57,839 bases of DNA from an uncultured virus (IMG/VR IMGVR_UViG_3300046804_004946) (IMGVR_UViG_3300046804_004946:62001-119839); one strand, 5' to 3'. Counted from the stretch's first letter, positions 9,661 to 19,844 are shown. Notes: generated by a model from the letters alone, not told the origin. A program made the numbers and translations.

Positions 9661-10944
9661 ATGGCTGTAAATATAGGTGGTCCTCATCGTGGACATGCTG
9701 CTGGAGATACTGATGTTGAGAAGCAGGCATCGCAGTTAGCATCTGATGTTAAACTTAAAGTTAAAGAAAAAATGGGTTCACATACAGACATGAATCCTGC
9801 TCAAGTTGCACAGGCATATGAGAGGCAACTTGCTTCATCGCCAGCACCATCAACAGTAAAAGCACTTGCAAGAAAAAAACTTAAAATTGGTGTTTCGGAA
9901 CAATATGGAATTCCTGAACTTGCAAGAAAATCTACAGTAAATGCTCTTGTTAAAGTGTTTGTTGAGGGTGTTAATTCTGAAGAAACCGAAGATATAACCG
10001 AAGGTGATGAAAAGCAATATTGGGTAGTTGTTACTGATAAGAAAACTGGAAATACTTATCGTCGTAAAGCAACTCGTGCAAAAATGGCAGAGCTTCGCTC
10101 AAATCCAAATATTAGAAGAGTTGAAATGACTGGGTATCATCCAAAAGAAAATAAGGATGATACTAAAGGACAAAAAACTGCAAAAGTAAAAGCAGGTAAA
10201 GGATTAGATCCTGTTGGTAAAGAAGATCCAAAGGGTGATCTTGATAATGATGGTATTCCAGCAAGTAGAGATAAAAATGATAAGTATCTTCTAAAGCGTC
10301 GTGCTGCAATAGGTAATGCTATTAAAAAAAGAGGAACTGTTTCTGCTTCTTATGAATTAGAAGGTGAAATGCTTGATGAGAAGAAGAAAAGTAAAGTAAA
10401 ACCTAAAGTAAAAAGATGGTGGGATGATGATGGTGATGGTATTGGTTGGGAAAAAGGAGAAGTAAAAAAAGAAGAATATATTGGTGAAGCAAAAAAAGCA
10501 AAGAAAAAAAATTCTAGCGATGCTATTACTGGTGAAGGAGTTAATAATTCAAAATACATTAATACAAAACCAACGATGGAGCAGGCTGAACCTCCAGTTG
10601 CTACAAAAAAACCAGAAGATGAAGAAGCAAAGAAAAAACTCAAATTAAGACAGCAGCAAGTTCAAATGGCACTCACTCGCCAGCGTCAAACGATGCAATT
10701 GCAAAGATCTGGTAGACTTCCTTTAAATTATTCTGAAGATAATACTCAAGAGGGTGATGATATTCAGGAAGTTGCTCCTCCAGGATTTGAAGGAACTGTT
10801 AAAGCGATGAAGAAGTATCCCGAACTTTCTAAAGGAAAAACTTCAGAAGGTAAAGATAAGAACATTTATGCTCTTGCTTGGTTTATGAAAAATAAAGGAT
10901 ATAAGAGTCACAAAACCAAGAGCGGTGCTGATAAAGGAGTTTAA
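9661..10944 (+). CDS. Highly charged hypothetical protein, probable internal virion protein
   Basis: Late-promoter motif AATAAATA at 9622-9629. Lys/Glu-rich modules (GLDPVGKED..DLDNDG; RWWDDDGDG; EVAPPGFEGTVKAMK). Confidence 0.7.
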   Translation: MAVNIGGPHRGHAAGDTDVEKQASQLASDVKLKVKEKMGSHTDMNPAQVAQAYERQLASSPAPSTVKALARKKLKIGVSEQYGIPELARKSTVNALVKVFVEGVNSEETEDITEGDEKQYWVVVTDKKTGNTYRRKATRAKMAELRSNPNIRRVEMTGYHPKENKDDTKGQKTAKVKAGKGLDPVGKEDPKGDLDNDGIPASRDKNDKYLLKRRAAIGNAIKKRGTVSASYELEGEMLDEKKKSKVKPKVKRWWDDDGDGIGWEKGEVKKEEYIGEAKKAKKKNSSDAITGEGVNNSKYINTKPTMEQAEPPVATKKPEDEEAKKKLKLRQQQVQMALTRQRQTMQLQRSGRLPLNYSEDNTQEGDDIQEVAPPGFEGTVKAMKKYPELSKGKTSEGKDKNIYALAWFMKNKGYKSHKTKSGADKGV

Positions 10945-10971
10945 AAATCTCATTAGAAAACCAAAAACATG

Positions 10972-11006
10972 GGAGACCAGACAAAGGTCTCCTTTTTTTA
11001 TAAATA
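10972..11006 (+). terminator. Terminator followed by T4-type late promoter
   Basis: GGAGACC-AGACAAA-GGTCTCC-T7, then TATAAATA at 10999-11006. Confidence 0.75.
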
Positions 11007-11036
11007 TCAATAGAAAAAGAATTATAGGTAAGGCAC

Positions 11037-11636
11037 ATGGCTCTTTGGGGCAATAAAGATCTAGTCGGAAATGGTGGAACTGTTTGGATAAACCTTTCTT
11101 CAGAAGTTGTTACTGGAACTGGAACTACTTTTTCAACCTCTGGATTTGAAGTTAATGAGGGTGATGTTATTGTTGTTGGCGCTGGTGCCACTTATGGTCA
11201 TGCAGTAATATCATCGGTTACTAGTAATACAGTTGCATCTGTTGCTACTACTCAATATCTAATTCCACATCCAACAACTGGAATTATTACTGCAGCATCT
11301 TATTATATTACACAAAGACCAATTTCTTCACTGGAAAACGTTACATACCAGGCACCAGAAGTAAGAACATCTGGTTTCTCTGCAAATCCTTTAACAAGAA
11401 CTGTTTTTGGTGTTGATACTGCAGAAGCAGATGTTGCTAGAACCACAACTTTTGGTGGTAAAGCAGGTGCTTTTGGTGTTGGACATGCTGGTTGGGTTGG
11501 TGTAACAACTTATGTTGATTGTCATGGTAATTTGAGAGTTAAGTCTGAAACTCTAGTTGCTATGGGCAAAGATTCTGCTGGAAATGGTGGAATTCAAAAT
11601 GATAATGTAGACGACGCTAGATTCCCAGATACTTGA
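11037..11636 (+). CDS. Probable virion structural protein
   Basis: MALWG start; HAGWVGVTTYVDCHGNLRVKSETLVAM conserved block; late promoter upstream. Confidence 0.7.
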   Translation: MALWGNKDLVGNGGTVWINLSSEVVTGTGTTFSTSGFEVNEGDVIVVGAGATYGHAVISSVTSNTVASVATTQYLIPHPTTGIITAASYYITQRPISSLENVTYQAPEVRTSGFSANPLTRTVFGVDTAEADVARTTTFGGKAGAFGVGHAGWVGVTTYVDCHGNLRVKSETLVAMGKDSAGNGGIQNDNVDDARFPDT

Positions 11637-11642
11637 TAATAT

Positions 11643-12014
11643 ATGAGATTTGATGAGTTGAATGAGAGTAATTATTTACTCTTTGCTATAAAATTTTATA
11701 ACAATCCCCAAGCGGTGACCAAGGAAGATTTTGATGAAGATTTGAAAAGAATTCGCTATATCAAAAAGTTGTTGAGAAAATATAAAAAAGATGGGATTCT
11801 AAAATCTCATCTTTTACTAAATCACCTAACAGTTCTTTTTAATGTTTTTGATGATGCTGCTGTTCCTCTTTTGTTTTATAATTTAGAAAAAGATCTTTGG
11901 CCTTCTTTAAAAAGTTTTTTGATATTTTTAAATAGAATTCCAGAATATCCTAAAACTAGACTTAATGAAGTAGATGAAGATGAATATTGTAGTTCTGTTT
12001 TAAATTACATCTAA
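11643..12014 (+). CDS. Conserved T4-like phage hypothetical protein
   Basis: MRFDELNESNYLLFAIKFYNNPQ...LLLNHL..LFNVF; found upstream of primase in these phages. Confidence 0.8.
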   Translation: MRFDELNESNYLLFAIKFYNNPQAVTKEDFDEDLKRIRYIKKLLRKYKKDGILKSHLLLNHLTVLFNVFDDAAVPLLFYNLEKDLWPSLKSFLIFLNRIPEYPKTRLNEVDEDEYCSSVLNYI

Positions 12015-12247
12015 TGGACATAGAAAGAATTATAAAAATAATTAGAGAATTAAAAGAAGATGCAGTTGTTGGTGGAATGACAACTGGAAGTTCTGGCCCT
12101 ATTGCTGGATATAGTGAAAAATCACCAGCACAAGGACCAAATGCAGGTATCACTCCAAAACTTGGAAAAACTCAACGTAGAGGAAATTATGCTACAGGTG
12201 GATATAGGTCTAGAAAACCCTGGTTAGATTTCTTAAAGGGGAAATAA
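12014..12247 (+). CDS. Hypothetical protein
   Basis: Coupled ORF with GPIAGY motif. Confidence 0.7.
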   Translation: MDIERIIKIIRELKEDAVVGGMTTGSSGPIAGYSEKSPAQGPNAGITPKLGKTQRRGNYATGGYRSRKPWLDFLKGK

Positions 12248-12248
12248 A

Positions 12249-12605
12249 ATGTTCAGCAACGAATCTAAAATACAACTAGCGGTGTTGCAAGAAAGATTTA
12301 AAGCTCATGAACAGATTATTGAAAAGGTTGATACTGCAATTCAAACCTTAAGTGAAACTAATCAAAATATTTGTAAAATGCTTGCTGTACATGATGAAAG
12401 AATAGATCAATGTGGTAAAGATGATGGAGATCTTTGTAAGAAAGTAGAAGATATAGAAGGTAAAGTAGATGGTTTATATAAATTTAGATGGCAAGCTGGA
12501 GGAGTAATTGCAGTAATTGTTGCTCTGATTGGAATTATAAATGCATTTGTTCCCAGGATGTTGACCAACGTTCCAAGCTCTGCTACAATAGAGCGCACGA
12601 AGTGA
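12249..12605 (+). CDS. Coiled-coil protein with C-terminal transmembrane helix
   Basis: MLAVHDERI coiled coil followed by hydrophobic AGGVIAVIVALIGIINAFV. Confidence 0.75.
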   Translation: MFSNESKIQLAVLQERFKAHEQIIEKVDTAIQTLSETNQNICKMLAVHDERIDQCGKDDGDLCKKVEDIEGKVDGLYKFRWQAGGVIAVIVALIGIINAFVPRMLTNVPSSATIERTK

Positions 12606-12615
12606 TTTTCTGATA

Positions 12616-13614
12616 ATGGATTTTATTGATTCCAAGTACATTGGTCTTGTTTCGTCGCGTTTACAAAAATTCAAAAGAGTTAAGGCAGATCTCTACAACT
12701 TCCGATGCCCTCTTTGTGGTGACTCTCAAAAGAACAAAAACAAAACCAGGGGATATATTTACCCTGTAAAGAACAACACAAACTTTAAGTGTCATAATTG
12801 TGGAGCAAGTTTATCTTTTAATAATTTTTTAAAAGAGTTAGATTCTGAACTGCATAAACAATATACGTTAGAAAAATTTAAAGAAGGACATACGGGCAGA
12901 AACTTTGTAGTTGAAGAACCCAAGTTTAATTTTCAAAAACCAGACTTTTTCACAAAACGTGAAAATTCCAAAAACCTGAAAAAGTTAGACTTGCCCAAAG
13001 CATCAGAAGTTCCAGTTGCCAAAGAATATTTGGAAAAGAGAAAATTAAATCCTGAAAAGTTTTACTTTGCTCACAAATTTAAAGAATGGACAAATACTCA
13101 AAAATTAACATTTGATACTATTCATAAAGATGAAAGTCGCATTATTATACCGATGTATGATGAGGAAAATAATTTAATAGGATTTCAAGGAAGAGCACTT
13201 GGTCCTTCGGCAAATAAATACATCACCGTAATGCTTTATGATGATGTACCAAAAATTTACGGATTGAACACAGTAAAGAAAAATGAAACAGTCTACATTA
13301 CAGAAGGACCATTCGACTCCACGTTCATTTGCAACTCAATTGCTATGTGCGGAGCTGATGTTGATATTAGTAACTGGAATTTTTACGATCCTGTTTGGGT
13401 TTATGATAACGAACCACGCAACAAACAAATCGTCGAGCGTATTGCTAAAACCATACGACAAAACCATAAGGTAATTATTTGGCCAAATAACATTCAGCAA
13501 AAAGACATTAATGATATGGTTCTTGCTGGACTTAATGTTATGGATATGTTAAAATCAAATACATACACAGGTTTAGAAGCAAAAATTAAGTTTAACAATT
13601 GGAAGAAGGTATGA
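12616..13614 (+). CDS. gp61: DNA primase
   Basis: Zn finger CPLCGDS...CHNC; TEGPFDS; YDNEPRN; KDINDM. Confidence 0.97.
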   Translation: MDFIDSKYIGLVSSRLQKFKRVKADLYNFRCPLCGDSQKNKNKTRGYIYPVKNNTNFKCHNCGASLSFNNFLKELDSELHKQYTLEKFKEGHTGRNFVVEEPKFNFQKPDFFTKRENSKNLKKLDLPKASEVPVAKEYLEKRKLNPEKFYFAHKFKEWTNTQKLTFDTIHKDESRIIIPMYDEENNLIGFQGRALGPSANKYITVMLYDDVPKIYGLNTVKKNETVYITEGPFDSTFICNSIAMCGADVDISNWNFYDPVWVYDNEPRNKQIVERIAKTIRQNHKVIIWPNNIQQKDINDMVLAGLNVMDMLKSNTYTGLEAKIKFNNWKKV

Positions 13615-15908
13615 GTAACGGAACAAAAGTTTTTAAGAGAAATGGCAAAACCGAATCTCTTGATTTGAATAAATTGCATGTTATGGTTGAAGAAGCTTGC
13701 AAAGACCTAGCAGGTGTATCAGCATCTCAAGTAGAAATGCAATCGGGTATTCAATTTTATGATGGTATTACTACAGCAGAAATTCAAGAGATTTTGATTC
13801 GTTCTGCTTCAGATTTGATTGATCTTGATCATCCAAACTATCAGTTTGTTGCTGCTCGTTTGCTTTTGTTTGCTCTTCGTAAGCAGTTGTTTGGGCGTAT
13901 GCATGATTGCCCTACAGTTAAACAACACGTACTTCGTGCCGTTGGTAGAGGTGTTTATGACTCCGAAATTCTCACACTTTATACCGATGAAGAGTTTGAT
14001 AAACTTGAGTCGTTTGTTGATCATAGTCGTGACTATTTGTTCACTTACGCAGGTCTACGTCAAGTCGTTGATAAGTACCTCGTGCAAGATAGAAGCACTG
14101 GTGAACTTTACGAAACGCCACAGTTTATGTACCTTCTGATTGCGGCAACTATCTTCTCCAAGTATCCAAAAGAAACACGTTTAGATTACGTGAGGAAGTA
14201 CTACGATGCAATCTCAAAGCACAAAATCAACATTCCTACGCCAATCATGGCAGGTGTTAGAACCCCACTTCGTCAATATGCGAGTTGCGTTCTTGTTGAT
14301 GTTGATGACACCCTTGATAGCATCTTCAGCTCTGATATGGCAATTGGTCGCTATGTTGCACAAAGAGCAGGAATTGGTATCAACGCAGGTCGAATCAGGG
14401 GCATCAACAGTAAAATCAGAGGTGGAGAAGTTCAACATACAGGTGTTGTCCCTTTCCTCAAGAAGTTTGAGGCGACTGTCCGATGCTGCACACAAAATGG
14501 CATTAGAGGTGGAAGCGCAACTGTCCACTTCCCCATCTGGCACCAAGAAATAGAAGATATCCTAGTATTAAAAAATAACAAAGGAACCGAAGATAATCGT
14601 GTTCGTAAGTTAGACTATTCTATCCAAATCTCTAAACTCTTCTATGAACGCTTCATCCGCAACGAGGAGATTTCACTCTTCTCTCCCCACTCCGTTCCTG
14701 GTTTGTATGATGCTTTTGGCACTGATCGATTTGACGAGTTGTATGTATCTTATGAACGAGATGAGTCTATTCCAAGAAAAACTATCGGTGCTCAAGAACT
14801 CTTTTTGGACCTCCTGAAAGAACGTGCAGAAACTGGTCGTATTTACATTATGAATATTGATCATTGTAATTCGCACTCATCTTTTATGGATAAAGTAGAG
14901 ATGAGTAATCTGTGTCAAGAAATTACTCTACCAACTAAACCTATTCAACATATTGACGATCCTGATGGTGAAATTGCTCTCTGCATTCTTTCTGCTATTA
15001 ACGTTGGAAAAATTAGGGATAACGAAGATCTTCAAGTTCTTTGTGATCTTGCTGTTAGGAGTCTTGATGAACTCATTGATTTTCAGGGATACCCCGTCAA
15101 AGCAGCAGAAATTGCCACCAGAGCACGTCGTTCGCTTGGAGTAGGATTTATTGGTTTAGCACACTACCTTGCCAAACATGGGCAAAATTATGATGATTCT
15201 GGTGCTTGGAAATTGGTTCATGATCTTACTGAAGCATTTCAATATTATCTAATTCAAGCAACGGTTGATCTTGCTCAAGAAAAAGGTGCATGTGAATATT
15301 CGCATAGAACCAAATATGGACATGGTATTCTTCCTATAGATACTTACAAGAAAGATGTAGACGAAATTGTACCTAATACACTCAAGTATGATTGGGAAGC
15401 ACTTCGTGAGCGTGTCAAGCAATATGGAGTACGGAACAGCACGTTGTCCGCACAAATGCCTTCGGAGAGCAGTTCCGTTGTGTCAAATGCCACAAACGGA
15501 ATTGAACCGCCTAGAGGGTACTTGTCCATTAAAAAATCAAAGAAAGGACCGCTTAAGCAAGTTGTTCCCCAGTATCAAACACTTAAGAACAATTACACGC
15601 TTCTGTGGGATATGCCTAGCAATCGTGGGTATATTAATATTGTTGCAGTTATGCAAAAGTTCTTCGATCAAGCGATTTCTGGAAACTGGTCCTATAATCC
15701 AGAAAATTATCCAGATAATGAAGTTCCTACTTCAATAATGGCACAGGACCTATTGACTACATATAAGTACGGCTGGAAAACCAGCTATTATCAGAATACA
15801 CACGACATGAAGAATGATGAGGTTGAAGAAACCCGTCAGTCTCTTGAAGATTTAATTTCTCAACTAGAACAAGCAGAGGAGGAAGATTGTGAGTCTTGTA
15901 AGATTTAA
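13611..15908 (+). CDS. nrdA: Ribonucleotide reductase class Ia, alpha subunit
   Basis: N-terminal ATP-cone; PTPIMAG; SNLCQEI; C-terminal CESC. Confidence 0.98.
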   Translation: MSNGTKVFKRNGKTESLDLNKLHVMVEEACKDLAGVSASQVEMQSGIQFYDGITTAEIQEILIRSASDLIDLDHPNYQFVAARLLLFALRKQLFGRMHDCPTVKQHVLRAVGRGVYDSEILTLYTDEEFDKLESFVDHSRDYLFTYAGLRQVVDKYLVQDRSTGELYETPQFMYLLIAATIFSKYPKETRLDYVRKYYDAISKHKINIPTPIMAGVRTPLRQYASCVLVDVDDTLDSIFSSDMAIGRYVAQRAGIGINAGRIRGINSKIRGGEVQHTGVVPFLKKFEATVRCCTQNGIRGGSATVHFPIWHQEIEDILVLKNNKGTEDNRVRKLDYSIQISKLFYERFIRNEEISLFSPHSVPGLYDAFGTDRFDELYVSYERDESIPRKTIGAQELFLDLLKERAETGRIYIMNIDHCNSHSSFMDKVEMSNLCQEITLPTKPIQHIDDPDGEIALCILSAINVGKIRDNEDLQVLCDLAVRSLDELIDFQGYPVKAAEIATRARRSLGVGFIGLAHYLAKHGQNYDDSGAWKLVHDLTEAFQYYLIQATVDLAQEKGACEYSHRTKYGHGILPIDTYKKDVDEIVPNTLKYDWEALRERVKQYGVRNSTLSAQMPSESSSVVSNATNGIEPPRGYLSIKKSKKGPLKQVVPQYQTLKNNYTLLWDMPSNRGYINIVAVMQKFFDQAISGNWSYNPENYPDNEVPTSIMAQDLLTTYKYGWKTSYYQNTHDMKNDEVEETRQSLEDLISQLEQAEEEDCESCKI

Positions 15909-17073
15909 AACAGGTTTAGAGGATAAAAAAATGGTTGAATCCATGACCGTTTTTAATTCCAGTGAAGTAGATACCAAAAAGCAACCAATGTTTTTTGGAC
16001 AACCATTAGGAATACAAAGATATGATTCTTACAAGTATCCAATTTTTGATAAATTAACAACACAGCAACTGGGTTATTTCTGGAGACCCGAAGAAGTTTC
16101 TCTTCAAAAAGACCGTAGCGATTATCATATGCTACGCCCAGAGCAAAAACACATCTTCACCAGTAACCTGAAGTATCAGGTTATGCTTGACTCCGTTCAA
16201 GGAAGAGGTCCTGGTATGGCGTTCGCGCCTTACTGCTCTCTTCCTGAACTGGAAGCGTGTATGAAGGTATGGGAATTTATGGAGATGATTCATTCTCGCT
16301 CCTATACCTATATCATCAAAAACGTCTATTCAGATCCCTCTGAAGTCTTTGATACGATTCTAAAAGAGGATCGTATTATGGAACGTGCTGTGAGTGTAAC
16401 TCAAGCATATAACGACTTCATCAATAGTGCTCATCATTATGATAATTCTAATGAATGGATTCATGCGTTAGAACAAGTCCCATACGCACAAGAGGCAAGG
16501 TATGAACTCAAGCGCAAACTTTTCAGAGCAGTTGCAAACGTTAATATTCTTGAAGGTATTCGCTTTTACGTGTCATTTGCTTGCAGTTTTGCTTTTGGCG
16601 AACTCAAACTTATGGAAGGAAGTGCAAAAATCATCTCACTAATTGCCCGTGATGAGAATCAGCACTTAGTCATTACCCAGAACATTATGAATAAATGGAA
16701 AGAAGGTGATGACCCCGAGATGGCACGTATTGCTAGGGAAGAAGAGCAGTGGGTTTATAAAACATTTGAAACTGCTGTAAACCAAGAAAAACTTTGGGCA
16801 GAGTATCTGTTCAAGGATGGTTCTATGATTGGTCTAAATGACAAACTGTTGCAGCAGTATGTTGAATGGATTGCTAATCGTAGAATGAAAGCGATTGGAC
16901 TGAAACCTCTTTATGATATTTCTGCAAAGAACAATCCTCTTCCCTGGACTGAACATTGGATTTCTTCAAAAGGACTTCAAGTTGCTCCACAAGAAACCGA
17001 AGTTGAGTCCTACATAGTAGGTGGGATTAAGCAAGATGTTACCAAAGATACTTTCTCAGGATTCCAACTATGA
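15889..17073 (+). CDS. nrdB: Ribonucleotide reductase class Ia, beta subunit
   Basis: FWRPEEV; EMIHSRSY; EGIRFYVSF; RDENQH; APQETE. Confidence 0.98.
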   Translation: MSLVRFKTGLEDKKMVESMTVFNSSEVDTKKQPMFFGQPLGIQRYDSYKYPIFDKLTTQQLGYFWRPEEVSLQKDRSDYHMLRPEQKHIFTSNLKYQVMLDSVQGRGPGMAFAPYCSLPELEACMKVWEFMEMIHSRSYTYIIKNVYSDPSEVFDTILKEDRIMERAVSVTQAYNDFINSAHHYDNSNEWIHALEQVPYAQEARYELKRKLFRAVANVNILEGIRFYVSFACSFAFGELKLMEGSAKIISLIARDENQHLVITQNIMNKWKEGDDPEMARIAREEEQWVYKTFETAVNQEKLWAEYLFKDGSMIGLNDKLLQQYVEWIANRRMKAIGLKPLYDISAKNNPLPWTEHWISSKGLQVAPQETEVESYIVGGIKQDVTKDTFSGFQL

Positions 17074-17197
17074 TGAATGGGTGGAACAAGAAATTTTAAA
17101 TGCTTATAGAGAAGCAGCAGAATGCGATGATTTCTTGTTTGGTGATTATGATTATGAAAAAGAGTGGTTAGGTAAAAAAAATGATGATGTAACATGA
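17036..17197 (+). CDS. Small acidic hypothetical protein (53 aa)
   Basis: MLPKILSQDSNYDEWVEQEILNAYREAAECDDFLFGDYD...; overlaps the end of nrdB. Confidence 0.55.
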   Translation: MLPKILSQDSNYDEWVEQEILNAYREAAECDDFLFGDYDYEKEWLGKKNDDVT

Positions 17198-17227
17198 GGG
17201 TCCTAGGACCCTCTTTTTTTATAAATA
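17196..17227 (+). terminator. Terminator followed by late promoter
   Basis: GAGGGTC-CTAG-GACCCTC-T-run, then TATAAATA at 17220-17227. Confidence 0.8.
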
Positions 17228-17252
17228 ACTAGAAAGGTATTTTGTAGAGACA

Positions 17253-18266
17253 ATGTTATTACCATCACAGCATAGAGAACTTACCGAAACTTACAGACAG
17301 GTATATCTTGGAGAAGTTGACGATATTACCGATGTAATGATTGAAGAAGTTGTAGAAGAACTTATTGAAGAATTTGTAGAATTTGGTTACGAACTTGATG
17401 AAGCAGCAGAGGCTGTAGAAGAAGCAGCAACTGAATATCTGATGGAACTCAATCCATATGCTCCAGCAGGTTCAAAAGAAGCAAGAGCATATCAAAAATC
17501 AACTACCTCCACAAAGCGTGGAGAGGCACGTAAAGCTGCCGTAAAAGGCGCTGTAGAGCGTGTTAAGGCAAAGGCAAAGAGTGTTAAGGCAGCTGCTGGT
17601 ATCGCTGGTTCTATTGCCAAGGACGAGGCAAGAAGAGCAGGACGTGCTGCCGCTCACGGCGTTCAAAAGGCAGCATCTGCCGTTCATGCTGCTGCAAGCG
17701 CCAAGAAGGCAGAAGTAAAGAAAGGCGTTAAGAGCTTGCTCGGAAAGGGTTTACGCAAGGCAGCAGGCGCTGCTGGTGCAGTTGCTCAAAAGGCACGTAA
17801 GGCAGGTGCTGCTGCTGGTAGAGCTGCTGAAAGACTTGGAGAAGAGGCAGATCTTTTTGATTACATTCTTGAGTACTTGGTTGCTGAAGGGTATGCAGAT
17901 ACTAATGAAGCAGCACTCGTCATTATGACAAATATGAGTGAAGAGTGGAGAAATGAAATTGTTGAAGAAACTCTAACTGAAAAACTTGCTAAAGGAACAA
18001 AGGGAGTTTCATTTTCAACTGGCAGACATGCTGGTGGATTCGATCAAGCAATGACTGAAAAAAATCCTAGAACTGGTAGACAGAGAAAAACTTCCCCAGA
18101 ATTGAAAGCAATTGGTGCTCACTCAAAAGCAAAATCTGCTCAGTGGAAAGCTGAACGTGAAGGAGATCATGAAACGGCGAACAGAAACAGAAGAAGAAGA
18201 GAAAAAATTGCTCATGTAGTTTACAATAAAACTAATAGAATTATTGATAGAGCTGACAACGATTGA
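17253..18266 (+). CDS. Probable internal head protein: acidic N-terminus, Ala/Lys/Arg-rich core
   Basis: Late promoter upstream; DLFDYILEYLVAEGYADTNEAALVIMTNMSEEW module; strongly biased composition. Confidence 0.7.
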   Translation: MLLPSQHRELTETYRQVYLGEVDDITDVMIEEVVEELIEEFVEFGYELDEAAEAVEEAATEYLMELNPYAPAGSKEARAYQKSTTSTKRGEARKAAVKGAVERVKAKAKSVKAAAGIAGSIAKDEARRAGRAAAHGVQKAASAVHAAASAKKAEVKKGVKSLLGKGLRKAAGAAGAVAQKARKAGAAAGRAAERLGEEADLFDYILEYLVAEGYADTNEAALVIMTNMSEEWRNEIVEETLTEKLAKGTKGVSFSTGRHAGGFDQAMTEKNPRTGRQRKTSPELKAIGAHSKAKSAQWKAEREGDHETANRNRRRREKIAHVVYNKTNRIIDRADND

Positions 18267-18287
18267 ATTTGATTTTAATTTGATGCA

Positions 18288-18323
18288 AGGGGGTTGACAA
18301 ACCCCCTTTTTTATTGCTAGAAT
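18288..18323 (+). terminator. Terminator with embedded -35 element
   Basis: AGGGGGTT-GACA-AACCCCCT-T-run; TTGACA(18294)-18bp-TAGAAT. Confidence 0.7.
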
Positions 18324-18371
18324 CGCTTTGCTAGGGTTGAAAGATAAATAATAGCTCTTAAAGATTACTAT

Positions 18372-18821
18372 ATGAGCTATGAGAACCCTTGGAAATATAA
18401 TGGTGAAGTATTCGACTCTAATGATATTAACGAATACTTTGGATTTGTTTATTTGATTACTAATATAGTTACAGGAAGAAAGTATATTGGTAGAAAATAT
18501 TTTTGGTCTTATAGAACTCCTCCAGGTAAAAAAAGAAGAGTAAAGCAAGAATCTGATTGGAAAAAGTATTATGGTTCTTGTCCAGAGTTAAAGGAAGATT
18601 ATAAGAAATGTAATAAAGATATTTTCAATAGAGAGATATTGTCTCTTCATAAAACAAAAGGAGATTGTAACTACGAAGAAACAAAACAACTTTTTTTGAA
18701 TAATGTATTAAAAGAAGCACTTGACGACGGAACACCAGCATACTACAATAGTAATATTCTAGGACGCTATATGCGAAAAGATTATGGTAACTTTGGAGCA
18801 AACACTTCGCCAAACTCATGA
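18372..18821 (+). CDS. GIY-YIG-like (NrdA.1-like) protein
   Basis: GFVYLITN..TGRKYIGRK; ESDWKKYYGS. Confidence 0.8.
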   Translation: MSYENPWKYNGEVFDSNDINEYFGFVYLITNIVTGRKYIGRKYFWSYRTPPGKKRRVKQESDWKKYYGSCPELKEDYKKCNKDIFNREILSLHKTKGDCNYEETKQLFLNNVLKEALDDGTPAYYNSNILGRYMRKDYGNFGANTSPNS

Positions 18822-18960
18822 TTGGGCAGTTGATAGGATTCATACACTATCTGAACAAGATCTTGAAAATGCTCGTGCTATTCAATTAGAGTTTAGTGAA
18901 TGGTTGAATCCTGATATTGAGGATCATGATATATACTCTTTAGAATATATCGGAGAATAA
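18784..18960 (+). CDS. Small hypothetical protein (58 aa)
   Basis: MVTLEQTLRQTHDWAVDRIHTL...EFSEWLNPD; read manually. Confidence 0.65.
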   Translation: MVTLEQTLRQTHDWAVDRIHTLSEQDLENARAIQLEFSEWLNPDIEDHDIYSLEYIGE

Positions 18961-18969
18961 AATAAATTT

Positions 18970-19698
18970 ATGTTTTATAATAAATCTTTTCCCGTAACTA
19001 TTATTGATAATTTTTATCCAGATCCATATGAAGTAAGAAATTACGCTTTATCTCAAAATTTTTATCCTAATAAAACTGGTAGGTGGCCTGGAGCAAGAAC
19101 AAACCACATTAATAAAATTGATGAGCAAGGATTAATAATGACAAAATTTATGATTAAAAAAATTTTGTCATTATTTTATAGTGAACATGATATAAAAAGT
19201 ATTTCTATAGATACTCATTTCCAACACATTAAACCTTTTAATAAAGATAAAAATCATCCACATAATCGTGGATATATTCATAGTGATTCAACAGTATTTG
19301 GTGGAGTTATTTACTTGGATCCAAATTCAGAAGAAGGAACTGGAACTTCAATATATTCTATCAAAAATAAACTGCAAACTGATGATTATCTTAATGGATA
19401 TGTTAATGAATTAAAATTTAAATATCATAACAATAATTTAGATTTAAGTGAAAAAGAAATTAATACTTGGAATACACATAGAGAAAGATATCTAGAATCT
19501 GTTAGGATTGAGAATATTTTTAATAGATGTATATTATTTGATGGATATGAAGAGCATGGTGTTCCAAGTTTTGGGACAAAAGAAAGATTAACTCAAGTTT
19601 TTTTTGTTCATAGTTTAGAATTTAATGACCATGATCTAAGACTTCCATTACAGAAAGGATGTATTGGGGATTTTCAAATAAAATCCACATCGGGTTGA
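18970..19698 (+). CDS. 2OG-Fe(II) oxygenase-like protein
   Basis: IIDNFYPDP..VR; WPGART; IHSD..GVIYL; FNRCILFD..H; RLTQVFF. Confidence 0.75.
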   Translation: MFYNKSFPVTIIDNFYPDPYEVRNYALSQNFYPNKTGRWPGARTNHINKIDEQGLIMTKFMIKKILSLFYSEHDIKSISIDTHFQHIKPFNKDKNHPHNRGYIHSDSTVFGGVIYLDPNSEEGTGTSIYSIKNKLQTDDYLNGYVNELKFKYHNNNLDLSEKEINTWNTHRERYLESVRIENIFNRCILFDGYEEHGVPSFGTKERLTQVFFVHSLEFNDHDLRLPLQKGCIGDFQIKSTSG

Positions 19699-19723
19699 CA
19701 AACGATAAATAATCACTTATTAT
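19695..19723 (+). promoter_or_regulatory. Sigma70-type promoter with internal late-promoter motif
   Basis: TTGACA-17bp-TATTAT; GATAAATA inside the spacer. Confidence 0.7.
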
Positions 19724-19730
19724 GTAAAAT

Positions 19731-19844
19731 CCCTATTATGAGTAGGGTAAACATCATGAGATTTTGATGTGACAATTAGAGCCGTGGGCACTGCCCCTGA
19801 GAAGGGGAACTACTCCTTTGCCTATACGGATGTAGAGTTCAATT
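19731..19844 (+). ncRNA. Candidate structured leader RNA
   Basis: Two hairpins plus a multistem domain with a CCCCT-GAGA-AGGGG GNRA hairpin; GC-rich in an AT-rich context. Confidence 0.6.

Noticed and set aside
2374..17073. Introns or inteins in gp43, gp41, nrdA, nrdB (also psbA)
   Set aside because: All are contiguous ORFs of normal length.
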